From an uncultured Candidatus Saccharibacteria bacterium (GTDB lineage Bacteria > Patescibacteriota > Minisyncoccia > Phycocordibacterales > WO2-35-19), in NCBI GenBank assembly GCA_964630525.1, contig CAZVUY010000004.1:11448-75447 (forward strand): a stretch of DNA of 64,000 bases, written 5' to 3'. The notes beneath the pieces were generated by a model. It ran no database searches. It was given only the letters and a program-made list of their open reading frames with translations, and was not told the DNA's origin. This document shows, one piece after another, positions 1 through 9,112 of this stretch; position 1 is the first letter of the stretch, and each line of letters begins with the position of its first letter. Made by a program: the position numbers and the translations under genes.

Positions 1-1
1 T

Positions 2-199
2 CTTTCCTATGAAAGATTGGGCAGAGACAATGACGCTATCGCCCAATTTGAAGCGATCCAGAAAACCAATCCGGGCAATCAAGAAGTCGAGCTCATCCTC
101 AGCAATCTCAAAGCCGGTCGTTCTCCATTCAACGACGCCAAACCGCCGATCGACGCTGAACCAGAAAAACGCGCCGAACCTCCAATAGAAGAAAATTAA
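2..199 (+). CDS. 3' end of a TPR-repeat protein (partial; start lies upstream of the window)
   Basis: Open frame runs from the window edge (..LSYERLGRDNDAIAQFEAIQKTNPGN..). TPR-like A/L/Y periodicity. Ends at TAA 197-199. Confidence 0.4.
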   Translation, partial: LSYERLGRDNDAIAQFEAIQKTNPGNQEVELILSNLKAGRSPFNDAKPPIDAEPEKRAEPPIEEN

Positions 200-207
200 T
201 CCAACTG

Positions 208-1836
208 ATGGTAGCTCGCACCATAAGAATGATTACAAGCAAGATAAGCGGCTTGAGGGAAGCCGCTTTCTGGCTTTCGGTTTTTGCTTTATTTTCGCAA
301 ATTCTAGCGCTTTTGAGAGACCGACTTTTGGCCCATTATTTTGGTACTGGTGCGGCTCTCGATGTGTATTATGCCGCCTTCAAGGTACCAGATCTGATTT
401 TTGTGACAGTGGCTTCTTTGGTTTCCGTCTCTGCTCTAGTTCCTCTCTTTGCTAAGAAAGAACAGGAGCCAGGTCGACTCAAAGAAACGGCCGAATCCAT
501 CTTTACTGTTTTTTCGATTGCGATCGTAGCTTTTTGTTTTTTGGCTTGGTTTCTGATGCCCAGCGTTATCAATTTTTTCTTTACCGGACTTTCGGTTGAG
601 GCCAAGGTTGAGACGATTTTTCTCTCCAGACTCCTACTAGCTTCGCCGCTTTTTTTGGGCTTCTCCAATTTCTTTGGCAGCATTGTCCAGTACGAAAAGC
701 GGTTTATTCTTTATTCGATTAGTCCACTTCTTTATAACTTGGGCATTATCGCCGGGGTTGTTTTTTTCACCACTTCTTTAGGAATTACAGGAGTGGTGAT
801 CGGGGTGATGATCGGTGCACTGTTCCACCTCTTGCTCCAAGCGGCTTTTGTTTTGAACTCTGCTATCAAGCCCAAATTTACAACTAAAATCAATTGGTCG
901 GTAGTAAAAGAGACAGCGCTCCTTTCGGTGCCTCGGACTTTCGCTCTATCGATCGTTAGTTTTGTCGGATTTTTTTTCGTCGCTCTGGCCTCAAAAATAT
1001 CTGAAGGTTCGATCGCGGTATTCAATTTGGCATTAAACTTGCAGTCGGTACCGCTCTCTTTGATCGGCGTCAGCTTTAGTTTGGCGGCTTTTCCGGCGCT
1101 GTCGGTATCGGTCGCCAAAAAAGAGACAGATGAAGTGATAGCCAAAATTAGTGACGGTTTGCGTCAGATTATTTTCTGGTCGTTGCCTTTTTCGGCACTC
1201 ATCATTATTCTCCGAGCGCATATTGTGAGGGTTGTTTTGGGTTCTGGTGCTTTTGATTGGTCGGCGACGAGGCTGGTAGCCGCTACTTTGGCAGTCTTTG
1301 TGATCTCTACTGTTTTTCAAAGTGTCCAACTATTTCTTTCACGTAGTCATTATGCTCTTGGTAAAACCAAATGGCCGCTTATCGGCAATCTTTTGGGAGG
1401 CTTGGTGTCTGTGGTGACGGCGCTTATTATCTTTTATCAACCAGAGGCTTTTTCTTTCTGGTTTGATTGGCTCGCTTGGGCGCTCAATGTCTCAGATTTG
1501 TCTTCAAAAATACTTTTCTTGCCACTTGCGTATTCTCTTGGCGCTTTGGTGAGTGCGGTCGTGCTTTTTCTGGCTCTCGATGGACATCTTGTTGGCCATG
1601 TTTGGCGGGCCATTCGGTCTTCTGTGTTGATTGGTATTTTCACCGCCTTGATAGCAGCTTTGGTAGCCTATGCCAGTCTGCAGCTGACGGCTCAATTGTT
1701 TAACCTCAACACCTTTTTTGGGGTTTTGGGTCACGGTGCTTTGGCCGGACTGTCGGGGATTGCTTTTGGAGTAGCTTTTCTTGTAGTATCTAAAAATAAG
1801 GAAATGAAAGAATTAACAGACCGATTTTATAAATGA
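208..1836 (+). CDS. murJ: Lipid II flippase MurJ/MviN
   Basis: 542 aa polytopic membrane protein. The N-terminus (LLRDRLLAHYFGTGAALDVYYAAFKVPDLIF) matches the MurJ signature, and it has about 14 hydrophobic segments. Confidence 0.85.
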   Translation: MVARTIRMITSKISGLREAAFWLSVFALFSQILALLRDRLLAHYFGTGAALDVYYAAFKVPDLIFVTVASLVSVSALVPLFAKKEQEPGRLKETAESIFTVFSIAIVAFCFLAWFLMPSVINFFFTGLSVEAKVETIFLSRLLLASPLFLGFSNFFGSIVQYEKRFILYSISPLLYNLGIIAGVVFFTTSLGITGVVIGVMIGALFHLLLQAAFVLNSAIKPKFTTKINWSVVKETALLSVPRTFALSIVSFVGFFFVALASKISEGSIAVFNLALNLQSVPLSLIGVSFSLAAFPALSVSVAKKETDEVIAKISDGLRQIIFWSLPFSALIIILRAHIVRVVLGSGAFDWSATRLVAATLAVFVISTVFQSVQLFLSRSHYALGKTKWPLIGNLLGGLVSVVTALIIFYQPEAFSFWFDWLAWALNVSDLSSKILFLPLAYSLGALVSAVVLFLALDGHLVGHVWRAIRSSVLIGIFTALIAALVAYASLQLTAQLFNLNTFFGVLGHGALAGLSGIAFGVAFLVVSKNKEMKELTDRFYK

Positions 1837-3692
1837 AGAATATACGTAATTTCAGTATCATAGCCCATATTGATCACGGCAAATCTACTCTAGCTGACCG
1901 GATGCTCGAGATTACTGGCACGATCGAAAAGCGCAAAATGCAAGATCAGGTGCTCGATTCGATGGAGCTTGAGCGAGAGCGAGGGATCACGATCAAGATG
2001 CAACCTGTTAGGATGATATATCATCCTAACAGATTAGAGCTTAGAGCTGAAAGCTTAGAGGATTCAAAACTAAAAGCTCCAAGCTCTCAGCTCCAAGCTT
2101 CTTATGTTTTGAATCTGATCGATACTCCCGGCCACATCGATTTTTCTTATGAAGTTTCAAGGGCTCTAAAAGCGGTGGAAGGATCTATTTTGTTGGTCGA
2201 CTCGACCCAAGGAGTCCAGGCTCAAACTCTGACCACTCTCAACATGGCTCGCGAGCTCGGCCTTACCATTATCCCTGTTCTTAGCAAAATCGATTCTCCT
2301 TTGGCTCGAGTGGAAGAGGTGAAGCAGGAAGTAGTCAAGCTCTTGGGTTGTTACCCAGAGGAGATTTTGGAAGTATCGGGCAAAACAGGCGAAGGGGTCG
2401 CCAATCTACTGTCCAAAATTGTAACCCTTATTCCGTCCCCCAAAGAGGATGCTGGGCAATCATTCCGTTCTTTGATTTTTGATTTCAAATATTCGACTCA
2501 TCGAGGAGTGATTGTTTTCGTCCGAGTGATGAGTGGCGAAGTTTCGCGCAACACCCCGCTAGTTTTCAAGGTAGCTGGTGAAAAATTTAATTCTATTGAA
2601 GTAGGCATTTTTTCTCCGACCGAAGTGGCGACGGAAAAACTTGGGGCAGGGGAGATTGGTTATATTGTTACCGGGATCAAAGAGCCAGGCATTGCTTCGG
2701 TGGGAGACACTGTTACTCTTTTGAATGATACCCAACCTCCGCTCCCTGGCTACATGTCACCAAAACCGGTGGTCTGGGCCTCGATCTACCCGGAAAGCCA
2801 GGATGATTTTGTTTTGTTAAAACAATCTTTGAGCAAGCTCAAACTTTCCGACTCTTCTTATTCTTATGAAGAAGAATCTTCGGGGGCGCTTGGGCGCGGT
2901 TTTCGTTGCGGCTTTTTGGGGATGCTTCATTTGGAGATTGTGACCGAGCGACTCAAAAGAGAGTTTGGGTTGGAGCTCGTGGTGACGATGCCGACCATCA
3001 CTTATGAAGTGGTTTATAAAGGTGGTCCAAAAAATGGCAAAAAAGAAATGATTTATTCGCCAGCCAATTTCCCCGACGATGGTACTATTTCCGAAGTCCA
3101 TGAACCTTGGACTGTCGTCACCATCATCACACCAAGTGCGTATTTGGGTACCCTGATGCCTCTTTTGTATGAACACGAAGCTTTGTTGGGTGATTCCGAA
3201 AACTTTGGTGATGATAAAACCCGTTTGTATATAGAAATGCCGCTTCGGGAATTGATGCGCAATTTTTTCGATAAAATAAAAAGTGCTTCTTCTGGCTTTG
3301 CTTCCATTTCTTATGAGATCAAAGATATGCGACCAGCCGAAGTGACCAGGCTCGATATTTTGGTGGCCGATGAAGTCCAACCGGCTTTTTCGAGAGTGGT
3401 TTCCAAACGGGTGGTAGAAAGTGAGGCCGAAGCGGCTGTCGAGAAGCTCGCCAACATTATCCCACGCCAAATGTTTGCCATGAAAGTGCAAGGCAAGGCA
3501 CTCGGGCGAATTATTTCTTCTCGTTCGATTTCTGCCTTTAGAAAAGATGTGACCCAACACATGTACGGCGGTGATATTACGCGCAAAATGAAGTTGCGAG
3601 AGAAGCAAAAGAAAGGGAAGAAGAAGATGAAAGAGCGCGGCAACATCAACATCCCGCACGATGTCTTTTTGAAAATGATGCGGTCTGATTAG
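1833..3692 (+). CDS. lepA: Elongation factor 4 (LepA) carrying an in-frame ~19-aa low-complexity insertion in the GTPase domain
   Basis: MKNIRNFSIIAHIDHGKSTL.. has G1/G3 motifs (DTPGH) and the LepA C-terminal tail (KQKKGKKKMKERGNINIPHDVF). An extra segment lies between GITIK and DTPGH. Confidence 0.95.
   Translation: MKNIRNFSIIAHIDHGKSTLADRMLEITGTIEKRKMQDQVLDSMELERERGITIKMQPVRMIYHPNRLELRAESLEDSKLKAPSSQLQASYVLNLIDTPGHIDFSYEVSRALKAVEGSILLVDSTQGVQAQTLTTLNMARELGLTIIPVLSKIDSPLARVEEVKQEVVKLLGCYPEEILEVSGKTGEGVANLLSKIVTLIPSPKEDAGQSFRSLIFDFKYSTHRGVIVFVRVMSGEVSRNTPLVFKVAGEKFNSIEVGIFSPTEVATEKLGAGEIGYIVTGIKEPGIASVGDTVTLLNDTQPPLPGYMSPKPVVWASIYPESQDDFVLLKQSLSKLKLSDSSYSYEEESSGALGRGFRCGFLGMLHLEIVTERLKREFGLELVVTMPTITYEVVYKGGPKNGKKEMIYSPANFPDDGTISEVHEPWTVVTIITPSAYLGTLMPLLYEHEALLGDSENFGDDKTRLYIEMPLRELMRNFFDKIKSASSGFASISYEIKDMRPAEVTRLDILVADEVQPAFSRVVSKRVVESEAEAAVEKLANIIPRQMFAMKVQGKALGRIISSRSISAFRKDVTQHMYGGDITRKMKLREKQKKGKKKMKERGNINIPHDVFLKMMRSD
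2005..2032. repeat. 28-bp perfect palindrome inside lepA, followed by AGCT-rich direct repeats to ~2100
   Basis: ctgttaggatgatatatcatcctaacag is its own reverse complement. The downstream segment agcttagagctgaaagcttagagg/gctccaagctctcagctccaagctt is repetitive. Confidence 0.8.
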
Positions 3693-3865
3693 AGAGGGGA
3701 GCTATTTTGTGTGAGCTTCACTAAAAAGGCAGGTAGCTCAATATCAAGCCTAAAATTACGATGATCGAAATAAAAATCGATAGAACTCTTGTTATTTTGC
3801 GTACTTTTGGATCCCAGAGCATTTGGCGTATTTAAGAATTAAGTATTAAAATATTAGCATCAAGT

Positions 3866-4243
3866 ATGCGTGGCGTAAAGACAAAGACAGCGGGCCGCTG
3901 GAAGAGGGTGGTGATCTCCCTCACTTTGTTTTTCGTCTTGGCTATTTTCCTCAACGCGGTCAACAACGTCTATCAAAAGAAAAAGAGTGCCGAGGCTCTT
4001 TTGGTGCGGATGGAGAATGAGGTCCAGGAGCTCAAAGAGCGCGAATCTTTTCTTTCAAGCTCGCTCTCTCGGCTTCAGACGGTCGAAGGTATCAAGTTTG
4101 AAATTCGCCGCAAGCTCAATGTGGCTGAAGCGGGGGAGAGTGTGGCGATCATCGTTGCCCAAGAAGAAACCGATCGCGCCAACCCTTCCGATCTCTCTGC
4201 TTGGCAAAAAATCAAACTCTTTTTCACCAAACTTTTTGAATAA
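3866..4243 (+). CDS. FtsB/DivIC-like septum formation initiator (single TM plus coiled coil)
   Basis: 125 aa with an N-terminal TM (VVISLTLFFVLAIFL) followed by a leucine-zipper-like coiled coil (VRMENEVQELKERESFLSSSLSRLQ). Confidence 0.55.
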   Translation: MRGVKTKTAGRWKRVVISLTLFFVLAIFLNAVNNVYQKKKSAEALLVRMENEVQELKERESFLSSSLSRLQTVEGIKFEIRRKLNVAEAGESVAIIVAQEETDRANPSDLSAWQKIKLFFTKLFE

Positions 4244-4644
4244 GAAAAGCGCCCTCTTGCGAGAGCGCTTTGCCGAGCTTTGCGACTTACTGTTCACCGC
4301 AACCTTTCTTTCTAGTGGTTACCCGGTGCGCATCATCGCTCGGTGTTGGTGCATTTTGTTTCTAGTGGGAATAGCACCTTTCTCCCGGGCCGTTTTCCTT
4401 TCAACACCTTTCGCTGTTAAAAGAAGAAGTCTTGCCATGTCGAGTACTGACTAGTTAATTGATAGTACTCTTCGACTCCCGGTTTTTTTAAGGTCTACCA
4501 CGGACCGCTTTTTTGCTGAGGGTTGGGCTCCCTCCGCATTCTAAACTTCATCTGGCCTCCTGTCTAGAATTGTATCATATATAAAAATATTGTCAAGTAT
4601 AAAAAGTGAATTCTCAAAATATGTTGAAGAATAAGGGTTTATTG

Positions 4645-4715
4645 TGCGGGTAGGGGGAATCGAACCCCCGTCTCAACCTTGGGAAGGTCGCATCATACCA
4701 CTAAACTATACCCGC
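4645..4715 (-). tRNA. tRNA-Gly (anticodon CCC)
   Basis: Minus-strand read is GCGGGTATAGTTTAGTGGTATGATGCGACCTTCCCAAGGTTGAGACGGGGGTTCGATTCCCCCTACCCGCA. It folds as a cloverleaf with a GGTTCGATTCC T-loop and anticodon loop TTCCCAA. CCA is not encoded. Confidence 0.85.
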
Positions 4716-4765
4716 TTTTTGTTTTTCACTTCAATATTATCACATCCTCATTATTTACTGTTACC

Positions 4766-4799
4766 AACCCCTAGTTGACCGATCGGTCAACTAGGGGTT
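4766..4799. repeat. 34-bp perfect palindrome immediately upstream of the 4820 gene
   Basis: aacccctagttgaccgatcggtcaactaggggtt, centred on GATC. Confidence 0.9.
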
Positions 4800-4819
4800 A
4801 AAATGAAAAATAAAAAGTT

Positions 4820-5428
4820 ATGAGTAAAGTAGTGGATAAAATAGAAAGAGCGAAAAAATTTATAAGAGATGAAAGAACTTTGGAAATTTTGGAAGCCATT
4901 GCGAAATTGGGAACCATAGCTTTTCTTGCTACTGTTGCGCCAAATGCTGCCGGTCATATTATTAAACTTTTGGGATGGGTACCAGATTATCGCAGCAGGT
5001 ACAGGGTTCAAAGGATCTTAAAATCTTTAGAGAAGCAAAAATTTATCAGATTTTGGATCAAAAATGGAAAAGGTAAACTTGAATTGACCCGCGAAGGAAA
5101 ACTTTATTTTGCTGGATTGAAAGTGAAGCACATCAAACTTCAGACTAAACCAAAATGGGACAAGTTGTGGAGAATAGTAACATTTGATATTCCCGAAGAG
5201 TTAAAAGCCAATAGGAGACGTTTCAGCAGGACTCTCCTTGCAAAAGGTATGTTCAGTCTAGAAAGATCTATCTTCGTCTATCCGCACGAATGTAAGGAAG
5301 AAATATACAAAATTGCTCGCTTGTATGAAGTGGATGATTATATCTGTTATATTACAGCAAGTGCAGTAGTACCTGATTCAAAGTTGAAGTCTGCATTTCC
5401 TTACACTAACTTATCCGCCCCTAAGTGA
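4820..5428 (+). CDS. PaaX-like regulator: N-terminal wHTH plus C-terminal Cas2-like domain
   Basis: The C-terminal segment WRIVTFDIPEELKANRRRFSRTLLAKGMFSLERSIFVYP matches the Cas2 core pattern (LVxYDV..RRLRxxLAKxxxxYGxRVQNSVFEC). The N-terminal half is helical and basic, as in wHTH domains. The stop codon lies inside the downstream palindrome. Confidence 0.5.
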   Translation: MSKVVDKIERAKKFIRDERTLEILEAIAKLGTIAFLATVAPNAAGHIIKLLGWVPDYRSRYRVQRILKSLEKQKFIRFWIKNGKGKLELTREGKLYFAGLKVKHIKLQTKPKWDKLWRIVTFDIPEELKANRRRFSRTLLAKGMFSLERSIFVYPHECKEEIYKIARLYEVDDYICYITASAVVPDSKLKSAFPYTNLSAPK

Positions 5429-5447
5429 CCGATCGGTCACTTAGGGG
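5418..5447. repeat. 30-bp perfect palindrome, a paralogue of 4766-4799
   Basis: cccctaagtgaccgatcggtcacttagggg. It differs from the upstream copy by symmetric compensatory changes (AGTTGACC vs AAGTGACC), so dyad symmetry is preserved. Confidence 0.9.
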
Positions 5448-5536
5448 TTACAGACGACAGGCAAAGCAAATTTTAAATTCTTTTTAAATTATTTAGTAAA
5501 TTATTTTAGGAGTAAATTATTTCAGATTACAGAGGA

Positions 5537-6934
5537 TCAAATCAGAGAGGAAAGTTTGCGGCGAATCAGGCTCTGACCATCTTTGTCTTCCAAAATATAA
5601 CCTTCTTTTTCTATTTCTTCCCGCAAACGATCGCTTTTCTCCCAATCTTTTTCTGTTCTGGCTAGGTTACGTTCATTTTGAAGCTCTTTGATTTCTTCCG
5701 GTATCAAACCAAACATTTTTTCAGCCAAATTTTTAAGACCAAGACCGAAAACACGATCCATTGTATCGATTGCTTTTTTTGATTTGGCCTCTTGCAGGAG
5801 GGCGATGGTGATCGGGGTATTGAGGTCGTCGCTGATCGCAGTTTCAAATTTGGCGATCAATGACTCATCGCTCTCGTGGTCTGTTGGCAATCCGGGGTAG
5901 CCACTGATTATTTTTTCGAAAGCATTTTGGGCTCCTTGGACACTCTCCCAGGTGAAATTGGCATGAGTCTTGTAGTGTGAAGTGAGCAGCCAGTAGCGAA
6001 AGGAGAGTGGGTGGATCAAGTGCGACTTGAAATCACTGAGATAAATCACTGTTCCAGTTGATTTGGCTATTTTCTGGTCATCAATCTTGAGATGGGCCCG
6101 ATGAAGCCAAAATTTGGCAAACGGCTTTTTGCCGGTCGCTGATTCGGATTGGGCGATCTCGTTGTTGTGATGTACTGGTATGTGTTCGATGCCACCGGTG
6201 TGAATGTCGATTTGTTCTCCAAGAATCTTTACGATCATCGCCGAGCACTCTATATGCCAACCGGGGAAGCCTAGACCCCAAGGTGATGACCAGCCGATTT
6301 TTTCGTCTTTTTTCCAGAGGACAAAGTCGGTCGGGTTTCTTTTTTCACTTTTTTCGACCCGGGCTCCTTCGGTGAGGCCCGCGAGATTGATATTGCCTAG
6401 TTTGCCGTAGTCGGGAAATTTGCTGGTATCGAAATAAACTCCTTTTTCACCAACGTAGGCAAATTCTTTTTCGACCAAAGTTTCGATCATTTTGATCTGG
6501 TCGGGAATATAGTCGGAAGCATAAGGAAAGGTGATTTCGTTGGTGTTGATGTTTAGATTATCTAGGTCCGAGATAAACAATTTGGCGTATTTCTCAGCCA
6601 GTTGACGCATGTTCTCCAGGGTGAGCGCCATCCCTTCACGCTTCAAGCCTTTGGTCATCCGGTCTTCGCCTTGGTCGGCATCGCCCTCGTTGTCGCCGGA
6701 GAGGTGACCAAAATCGGTGAAGTTTATCACTTGTTTTACTTCGAACCCAGCATACTCCAGAGTTTTTCTTAGTACGTTGGTGAACACATACATAGAGAGA
6801 TTGCCGATATGTTGCGGCCCATAAACGGTTGGACCACAGTTGTACATCTTTACCGTGTTTGGTGTAAGTGGTGAAAAAACCTCTTTTTGGTTGGAGAGGG
6901 TATTTTGTAGGCTAATCTTCATCTTTATATCCAT
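5537..6934 (-). CDS. cysS: Cysteinyl-tRNA synthetase
   Basis: MYNCGPTVYGPQHIGN (HIGH-type), C-terminal KIAKSTG (KMSKS-like), CysRS length and layout. Confidence 0.95.
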   Translation of the reverse strand: MDIKMKISLQNTLSNQKEVFSPLTPNTVKMYNCGPTVYGPQHIGNLSMYVFTNVLRKTLEYAGFEVKQVINFTDFGHLSGDNEGDADQGEDRMTKGLKREGMALTLENMRQLAEKYAKLFISDLDNLNINTNEITFPYASDYIPDQIKMIETLVEKEFAYVGEKGVYFDTSKFPDYGKLGNINLAGLTEGARVEKSEKRNPTDFVLWKKDEKIGWSSPWGLGFPGWHIECSAMIVKILGEQIDIHTGGIEHIPVHHNNEIAQSESATGKKPFAKFWLHRAHLKIDDQKIAKSTGTVIYLSDFKSHLIHPLSFRYWLLTSHYKTHANFTWESVQGAQNAFEKIISGYPGLPTDHESDESLIAKFETAISDDLNTPITIALLQEAKSKKAIDTMDRVFGLGLKNLAEKMFGLIPEEIKELQNERNLARTEKDWEKSDRLREEIEKEGYILEDKDGQSLIRRKLSSLI

Positions 6935-7827
6935 TTTTTAAATCTAGCATAAATGAGCGAAGAGAACATGGCGATGAACATCAAGCCTAGAATAATCCAA
7001 AAAGCATAAGGATTGCTCTTGAGTGGGAAATATAAGACACTTAGCCCAAAAATTTGACCAATAATAGAGATAGGGAGAACAATCGACCCGATCACTGTCA
7101 ACTGTTTGGTAGTGTCATTTTGTTTGGTGGAAAGAATCGAGTCATTTGTTGCTCGGAGTTCGCTTACCGTATCGCTCAGGTTGGTCAGCTCGTCTGTCAT
7201 CCTTTGCCAATCTTCAATCAAAGAATCAACTTCTTTCTTAAAGCCAACATCAAATGTATCACCAGCCTCTCCCTTGATTGATAGCAAGACCAACTCATGA
7301 GATCTGATAATTCTTTTGAAATTTAAAATGTTGCGGGATATTAGTGAAATGGTGAAGACCATTGCTTTCTCGTGGCCGGCAAAAATTTTTATTTCAGTTT
7401 CTTTGAGCCAGTCTCTCAAATATTCGATCTCATCAAATAGGAAGCCATAGATTACTTTCATTAGTCCAAAAAAGAGGTGAGATTTTTCGTTTTTCCTCAA
7501 AATCTCGTTGACTTCTATTTGTTTGGCGAAGTGGTGCAGCGCATCGATGCTGTCATAACGGGTGGTGAATAGACTGTCCTTGGTAATTATAAAGTCGATT
7601 TCTTGCTTCGGGTCTTCGTTGTGGTTGTGTCGGAAAAAAGGGATATGGAGCACCGCATAGATACCTTGATCAAAGACGCGAGCATGTTGCTTGGGGGTGG
7701 GGGTCAGGAGATCTTTGACCACCAACGGGTCGAGTTTGTGATCAATGACCAAAAGATCGAGCTCATTCTTACTCGGCGAGCTTATGTCTACCCAAGTCTG
7801 GTCTTTGAATTGTCTATTGGTGATCAT
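6925..7827 (-). CDS. CorA-family divalent cation transporter-like protein
   Basis: 300 aa: a long soluble N-terminal domain, then two C-terminal TMs. The segment KQLTVIGSIVLPISIIGQIFGLS resembles the CorA TM1 region but lacks a canonical GMN. Confidence 0.55.
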   Translation of the reverse strand: MITNRQFKDQTWVDISSPSKNELDLLVIDHKLDPLVVKDLLTPTPKQHARVFDQGIYAVLHIPFFRHNHNEDPKQEIDFIITKDSLFTTRYDSIDALHHFAKQIEVNEILRKNEKSHLFFGLMKVIYGFLFDEIEYLRDWLKETEIKIFAGHEKAMVFTISLISRNILNFKRIIRSHELVLLSIKGEAGDTFDVGFKKEVDSLIEDWQRMTDELTNLSDTVSELRATNDSILSTKQNDTTKQLTVIGSIVLPISIIGQIFGLSVLYFPLKSNPYAFWIILGLMFIAMFSSLIYARFKKWI

Positions 7828-7876
7828 CGGGGAAAGTTTGGTGGAAAATTTTTAATAAAATTCCGATTATGATATA

Positions 7877-9103
7877 TTGTATCAGAAAATGAACACCGAA
7901 AGATATACTCAAGTCTGGATTTCTTTGTTTATAATTATTCTCGTCTTTACGGCTGGTTTTTATGCCGGCAAAAAGGACTCGGTAGATCTCGGCTCACTGC
8001 AGGTTTTGAACGCCACCACGACCGACAGTGTCGACCTCGAGCCTTTTTGGAAAGCTTGGTCGGTGCTGGAAGAAAGGTTTTCACCAGCTTCTTCGACCAC
8101 TCCGAAGGTGGCCAATCAAGATAAGATTTGGGGTGCGATCCAAGGTCTCGCCGCTTCCTACAATGATCCTTATACCGTCTTTTTCCCGCCAGTTGAATCT
8201 AAAGTGTTTGAAGAAGAGATCAGTGGCAGCTTTGGTGGGGTAGGTATGGAGATTGGTCTGACCGATGGGGTGCTGACCGTGATCGCTCCCCTCAAGGGTA
8301 CCCCAGCCTATCGGGCTGGCGTACTTTCGGGTGATAAAATTGTAGCCATCGATGACAAACCAGCTCTCAAGATGAGTACCGATGAGGCCATTAAGTTGAT
8401 TCGTGGCGAGATTGGTACAAAAGTTTCCATTACTTTTATTCGCGACGGAGTGGATGAGCCGATCATTAAAACTATCGAAAGAGATGCGATCGAGATACCG
8501 ACAGTCAGCACCAAATTGTTGCCAGAGAATGTGTTTTTGATCGAGCTCTATAATTTTTCAGCCACTTCACCGAGTCTTTTCCGGTCCGGCTTGCGTGAGT
8601 TTGTCGAGTCCGGGACTGACAAACTCATTATCGATCTACGCAACAATCCAGGCGGCTACCTCGAGGCGGCTCTTGATATGGCAAGTTGGTTTTTGCCGAC
8701 CGGCAAAGTGGTAGTGACTGAAGATTTTGGTAATGCCGAAGAAGACCGGGTTTATCGTAGCAAAGGCTATGATATTTTTACCGACCAGCTCAAATTGGTG
8801 ATCTTGGTGAACGAAGGCTCGGCTTCTGCCTCGGAAATTTTGGCTGGTGCTCTACGAGAACATGGCAAGGCCACCCTGATCGGCGAGAATACTTTCGGCA
8901 AAGGTTCGGTCCAGGAGCTTTTGCCGATCACGAACGATACTTCTTTAAAAATTACGGTCGCCCATTGGTTTACTCCGCTTGGCAATTCTATTTCTGATGG
9001 CGGTTTGGCCCCGGATATCGAAGTCGAGCTTACTCCAGAGAACACCAAAAATGGTGCCGATCCGCAGCTAGAGAGAGCAGTAAAATATTTGTTAGAGAAA
9101 TAA
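7877..9103 (+). CDS. ctpA: Carboxy-terminal processing peptidase (S41 family, PDZ-containing)
   Basis: N-terminal TM, PDZ segment (PAYRAGVLSGDKIVAIDD) and S41 catalytic region (LIIDLRNNPGGYL, GSASASEILAGALRE). Confidence 0.85.
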   Translation: MYQKMNTERYTQVWISLFIIILVFTAGFYAGKKDSVDLGSLQVLNATTTDSVDLEPFWKAWSVLEERFSPASSTTPKVANQDKIWGAIQGLAASYNDPYTVFFPPVESKVFEEEISGSFGGVGMEIGLTDGVLTVIAPLKGTPAYRAGVLSGDKIVAIDDKPALKMSTDEAIKLIRGEIGTKVSITFIRDGVDEPIIKTIERDAIEIPTVSTKLLPENVFLIELYNFSATSPSLFRSGLREFVESGTDKLIIDLRNNPGGYLEAALDMASWFLPTGKVVVTEDFGNAEEDRVYRSKGYDIFTDQLKLVILVNEGSASASEILAGALREHGKATLIGENTFGKGSVQELLPITNDTSLKITVAHWFTPLGNSISDGGLAPDIEVELTPENTKNGADPQLERAVKYLLEK

Positions 9104-9112
9104 TATCAAAAT

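Noticed and set aside
3987-4454. 155-aa ORF overlapping the FtsB-like gene and the downstream spacer
   Set aside because: It is out of frame with a better-supported gene, has Arg/Ser-rich low-complexity composition and no RBS. Likely spurious.
4244-4644. tmRNA or RNase P RNA assignment for the spacer next to tRNA-Gly
   Set aside because: No tRNA-like acceptor/T-arm with a 7-nt TTCRANY loop and no CCA context. No AGGAAAGUCCGGGC / ACAGAACCCGGCUUA P4 strands. It is left as unassigned non-coding sequence.
4766-5447. Possible CRISPR or Cas2 locus
   Set aside because: There are only two palindromic copies 620 bp apart with no regular repeat-spacer array and no cas1. The Cas2-like fold appears in a PaaX-like regulator context, not a CRISPR adaptation module.
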